From a virus (Duplodnaviria > Heunggongvirae > Uroviricota > Caudoviricetes): 10,026 bases of DNA. Shown here in pieces: positions 7,321 through 10,026 of this stretch. The stretch lies in IMG/VR virus record IMGVR_UViG_2706794694_000003, one strand, 5' to 3'. The position numbers and the translations under genes were made by a program. Below the pieces are notes generated by a model. It searched no databases. It saw only the letters and a program-made list of their open reading frames with translations, and was not told the DNA's origin. How positions within the stretch are numbered: position 1 is the first letter of the stretch; each line of letters opens with the position of its first letter.

Positions 7321-7345
7321 AATAAAAAACACGCTCGCGGCGTGT
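7321..7345 (-). terminator. tR'-like intrinsic terminator ending a short late leader transcript
   Basis: Minus strand ACACGC-cgcga-GCGTGT followed by TTTTTTATT, about 55-80 nt downstream of the predicted pR' start. Confidence 0.55.
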
Positions 7346-7406
7346 GTCTGTCGCGGTCTCTATCCGGGGTTCCAATCCCGACGCCAGATTTTGCTGGCGC
7401 GTGAGG

Positions 7407-7436
7407 AATATAGCCCCGGACAATGTGTCTGGTCAA
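7407..7436 (-). promoter_or_regulatory. pR'-like late promoter immediately downstream of Q
   Basis: Minus strand TTGACC (7436-7431), 18-nt spacer, TATATT (7412-7407), 5 bp past the Q stop codon. The predicted 5' leader forms a CGCCAG-caaaat-CTGGCG hairpin (7382-7399). Confidence 0.5.
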
Positions 7437-7440
7437 GCAC

Positions 7441-7827
7441 CTACATAATTCGTTCTACGTATCTGTCCATCTCCAGCCGGATATCAAGCATCATCAACAT
7501 GCCATCAATAACCCCTTCCGCTTTCTGCAGGCGCTTGCCAATACAGGTATCCGAACACCCATGTTTCCGTGCCAGACTCATAAAAGTCATTCCACCTACG
7601 TAATAATCCACCAGCAAATCGTGCAAATCCTGATTTTTCTTGTTCAACCGGGCCATACAGCCACAAATTATCATTGCATCATCATCAGAACACTGAGGGC
7701 GTGATTTCACTTTCGACGGAATTAACCCTTTAAAACCAGCAGCGATCGACGCCCAGGATACATCTTCATGAGTGTTTGCAGCCCAAGCCCCCCACCGTTC
7801 CATAACCTGCTGAATATCACGCGCCAT
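7441..7827 (-). CDS. Late-gene antitermination protein Q (Stx-phage Q933-like type)
   Basis: Chosen start ATG 7827 ([25 protein letters not shown]...) with AGGTGA RBS; the track's upstream ATG at 7848 adds 7 codons. Cys clusters (CGCMARL, HGCSDTC) suggest zinc binding. Resembles the Q of Stx2 phages as I recall it. Overlaps the rusA stop. Confidence 0.8.
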   Translation of the reverse strand: MARDIQQVMERWGAWAANTHEDVSWASIAAGFKGLIPSKVKSRPQCSDDDAMIICGCMARLNKKNQDLHDLLVDYYVGGMTFMSLARKHGCSDTCIGKRLQKAEGVIDGMLMMLDIRLEMDRYVERIM

Positions 7828-8188
7828 CGTTATCACCTGTGATTTCATAAATCTTCACGCCCAGTCGCCCACCAGGAACGAGCTGACCGCGCACAATATT
7901 GATTTCATCAAACTGCTCGTCGTCTATGAGTAGTCCGGCATGCGTCAGCGCATCCAGTGGTGCTTTCAGGATATTGTCCAGGTCACGACGGCGCTTATCC
8001 GGTGGCTCTGCAATAATCTTTATCGCCAGCCTTCCGGACAGGTTTAATTTCAGCCGCTGCTGGCGAACAATTAGCGTCACATCACGGCGATAACGCTCAC
8101 CAACTTTTGATACAAAATATGTGCTGCCACGACGTCGCCAGTAAGTATTCACCGTCGGCGGATAAGGTAAAATAAACTCATGGCGCAT
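7817..8188 (-). CDS. rusA: RusA-family Holliday junction resolvase
   Basis: 123 aa; [15 protein letters not shown]... and [29 protein letters not shown] match the RusA catalytic region (compare DRRRRDLDNLQKAAFDAL in E. coli RusA as I recall it). ATG start, in the nin-region position before Q. Confidence 0.85.
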   Translation of the reverse strand: MRHEFILPYPPTVNTYWRRRGSTYFVSKVGERYRRDVTLIVRQQRLKLNLSGRLAIKIIAEPPDKRRRDLDNILKAPLDALTHAGLLIDDEQFDEINIVRGQLVPGGRLGVKIYEITGDNDGA

Positions 8189-8430
8189 CAGCGCAGCACC
8201 TCCTGCACCATTTTTTCAAACTTTCCAACTTTGGTTTCCAGCTCTGCCACACAATCAACGAGCTCATCCACCGCTTTTTGTGCGCGATGTTTCGCCTGCA
8301 TCAGTTCCCTGAGCGCTGGCACCATATCCCGACGAATGGCATCTTTTGTTACACCTGTTTTTTCCAGTTGTTCCGCCTGTCGCAACATTTCCTGCGCGTG
8401 TTTACGCAATTGTTCAGAGGTAAAAGTCAT
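8188..8430 (-). CDS. Hypothetical protein (80 aa, predicted helical/coiled-coil) in the nin-region
   Basis: Start taken as ATG 8430 (MTFTSEQLRKHAQEMLRQAEQLEK...); the track start at 8445 is TTG. No clear RBS; begins 11 nt after the helicase stop. Its stop shares a base with the rusA ATG (TGATG). Confidence 0.5.
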   Translation of the reverse strand: MTFTSEQLRKHAQEMLRQAEQLEKTGVTKDAIRRDMVPALRELMQAKHRAQKAVDELVDCVAELETKVGKFEKMVQEVLR

Positions 8431-8441
8431 TGTCTGGTTGT

Positions 8442-9833
8442 TCAAAAGAAACGCTCCATCTTACTGCTGTCGGTACGTGTATTGCTGTATCTGCGCGGCT
8501 GGGGCTGCCGCATTGGGGTGGAAAGAACCTGTGCGCTTTCCTGGTCCACAGGCAGAAAATGTCCGTTATAAAAACGCCGGTAAATCGTCCCCAGAGAACC
8601 GTTACGTTGTTTCGTGATATTAATTTCTGCTATGCCTGTAGCCTGTGTATCCGGGTTGTACACTTCATCCCTGTAAAGCATCAGAATGATGTCTGCATCC
8701 GCCTCTATTTCTCCGGAATTTTTCAGGTCTGAGTTCATGGGACGTTTATTGGGTCTGGACTCCACACCGCGGGAGAGCTGGCTCAGCGCAATCAACGGAA
8801 AACCACCGGATTTTGCCAGGCCTTTAAGCCCCTTTGAGATTTCACCCACGGCAAGGTCATGACGCCCCGTGGTTCGGGTTTTTATCAGCCCGAGATAATC
8901 AACCACCACCAGCGCCGTTTCCGGATGTTTAATCAGATGGTGTTTCGTTGTTGCGCATATCTCATCAATGGTCAGGTTCGCCTGGTCCACCATCCAGATA
9001 TTGCGCCCGGTCATCCGCCCCACCCCTTGTGAGAAACGCGCCCAGTCTTCATCTTCAAAGTGAGCCACAGATTTCAGGCGTGATACTGGCATCCCTCCAG
9101 CCGCAGACACCATACGTTCACCAATCTGGATGTTCGCCATCTCCATGGTGAACAGAAGCACACCATGCCCCTGCTCAGTCACCTTGTCGATGATGTCCAG
9201 CGCAAGTTCGGTTTTCCCCATCGAAGGACGGGCGGCAATGAATACCAGGTCTCCGGGCTCCATACCGCCTGTTTTTGCGTCCAGTTCATCAATACCGGTC
9301 ATCAACGTCCTGGATTTCTCCAGCCCCTGATTCCGGCATTCAACACGCTCAACCACTTCCGGAAGCACATCATCAATATGTACCGGCTGAATGACGCCCT
9401 TTCCTGTCGACAGTGTGACCATCATGTTCTGCGCATCCTTCAGGGCATCTTCAGCTGCTTCACAGGTATGCGCATCACGTAATTTCTGCAGCGCCTCATT
9501 CAGTGTTTTTTCTGCATCGCGCAGTGCGGCATTGCGCCGCAACGCTGCAACATAGTGCTCCAGTGAAGACTTCACCCAGGTTTTACGCCCGGTATCAGTA
9601 ATCACCGGGGCAAGTTCCGGCATCTCATTACACAACAGCACGGGGTCAATCACTCCTGAAACACGGGCCTGTCTGCAGATGCCTGTGTAGATATCCCGAT
9701 ACGCTCGTACAGAAAAAATGTCCGCCGGTAGTGTGATCAGAATATCCATCACTTCATGATCTGCCCCACGCAGAAAGAATGCGCCAATGACAGCGCCTTC
9801 CAGGTCATCATTACGCCAGACTGGTGTTGTCAT
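8442..9833 (-). CDS. Replicative DNA helicase, DnaB family (phage-encoded)
   Basis: Chosen start ATG 9833 with GAGGTG RBS (MTTPVWRNDDLEGAVIGAFFL...), giving 463 aa. Walker A ARPSMGKTELAL and a DnaB-like C-terminal domain. The track's 47 extra N-terminal codons begin at GTG and look non-coding. Confidence 0.85.
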   Translation of the reverse strand: MTTPVWRNDDLEGAVIGAFFLRGADHEVMDILITLPADIFSVRAYRDIYTGICRQARVSGVIDPVLLCNEMPELAPVITDTGRKTWVKSSLEHYVAALRRNAALRDAEKTLNEALQKLRDAHTCEAAEDALKDAQNMMVTLSTGKGVIQPVHIDDVLPEVVERVECRNQGLEKSRTLMTGIDELDAKTGGMEPGDLVFIAARPSMGKTELALDIIDKVTEQGHGVLLFTMEMANIQIGERMVSAAGGMPVSRLKSVAHFEDEDWARFSQGVGRMTGRNIWMVDQANLTIDEICATTKHHLIKHPETALVVVDYLGLIKTRTTGRHDLAVGEISKGLKGLAKSGGFPLIALSQLSRGVESRPNKRPMNSDLKNSGEIEADADIILMLYRDEVYNPDTQATGIAEINITKQRNGSLGTIYRRFYNGHFLPVDQESAQVLSTPMRQPQPRRYSNTRTDSSKMERFF

Positions 9834-9948
9834 GCAGCCACACCTCTGATACAAGAACGGTAGCTGGGCCAGTTGAACGACAACCAGTTGCGCCCCCCGT
9901 CTGTGATCCTGTCGGCAATGCGGGGGCTGATGAACGCTGGATTTGCCC

Positions 9949-10026
9949 CTATATTTCCAGACACCTGTTATCACTTAACCCATTACTGGCTTGCTGCCGT
10001 AGATATTCCCGTGGCGAGCGATAACC
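9949..10026 (-). CDS. 3' end of an upstream gene (likely replication initiator/helicase-loader class), partial
   Basis: Only one minus frame is open from the window edge to TAG at 9949-9951 (...GYRSPREYLRQQASNGLSDNRCLEI). Function is inferred from lambdoid gene order only. Confidence 0.3.
   Translation of the reverse strand, partial: GYRSPREYLRQQASNGLSDNRCLEI

Noticed and set aside
7304-8732. Plus-strand ORFs antisense to Q, rusA and the helicase (for example 7304..7603, 8180..8617, 8430..8732)
   Set aside because: Same reasoning: Ser/Cys-rich antisense translations without start signals.
9834-9974. N-terminal 47 codons of the 510-aa track ORF (helicase)
   Set aside because: GTG start, low-complexity translation (HQPPHCRQDHRRGAQL...), and overlap with the 3' end of the upstream gene. 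ATG 9833 has a GAGGTG RBS and begins a DnaB-like N-terminus.

Overview
This window reads as a lambdoid prophage fragment from an enterobacterial (E. coli-like) genome, with every supported gene on the minus strand, so the biology runs right to left. The order is: a DnaB-type replicative helicase, a small unknown protein, RusA resolvase and a Q antiterminator; then a late promoter and terminator (pR'/tR'); an ORF6N-domain gene with its own promoter and terminator; four tRNAs (CAU, UCU, UGU, UCC); a 680-bp stretch with no convincing gene; a lysis cassette (holin, endolysin, Rz/Rz1) broken by a 250-N assembly gap; an HNH endonuclease; a GC-rich candidate cos site; terminase small and large subunits; a 60-aa membrane-protein ORF; and a portal gene whose 3' end runs into what I recognise from memory as the left end of IS4. 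No intact novel multi-gene system (defence, toxin or CRISPR) could be supported from the sequence. The points most worth a second look are the IS4/portal junction, an apparent frame break at the portal N-terminus, the small membrane ORF inside the head module, the self-contained ORF6N cassette, the tRNA cluster, and the gene-free 680 bp that sits where Stx phages carry toxin genes. All family assignments are from reading the translations and sequence by eye; no database search was run.
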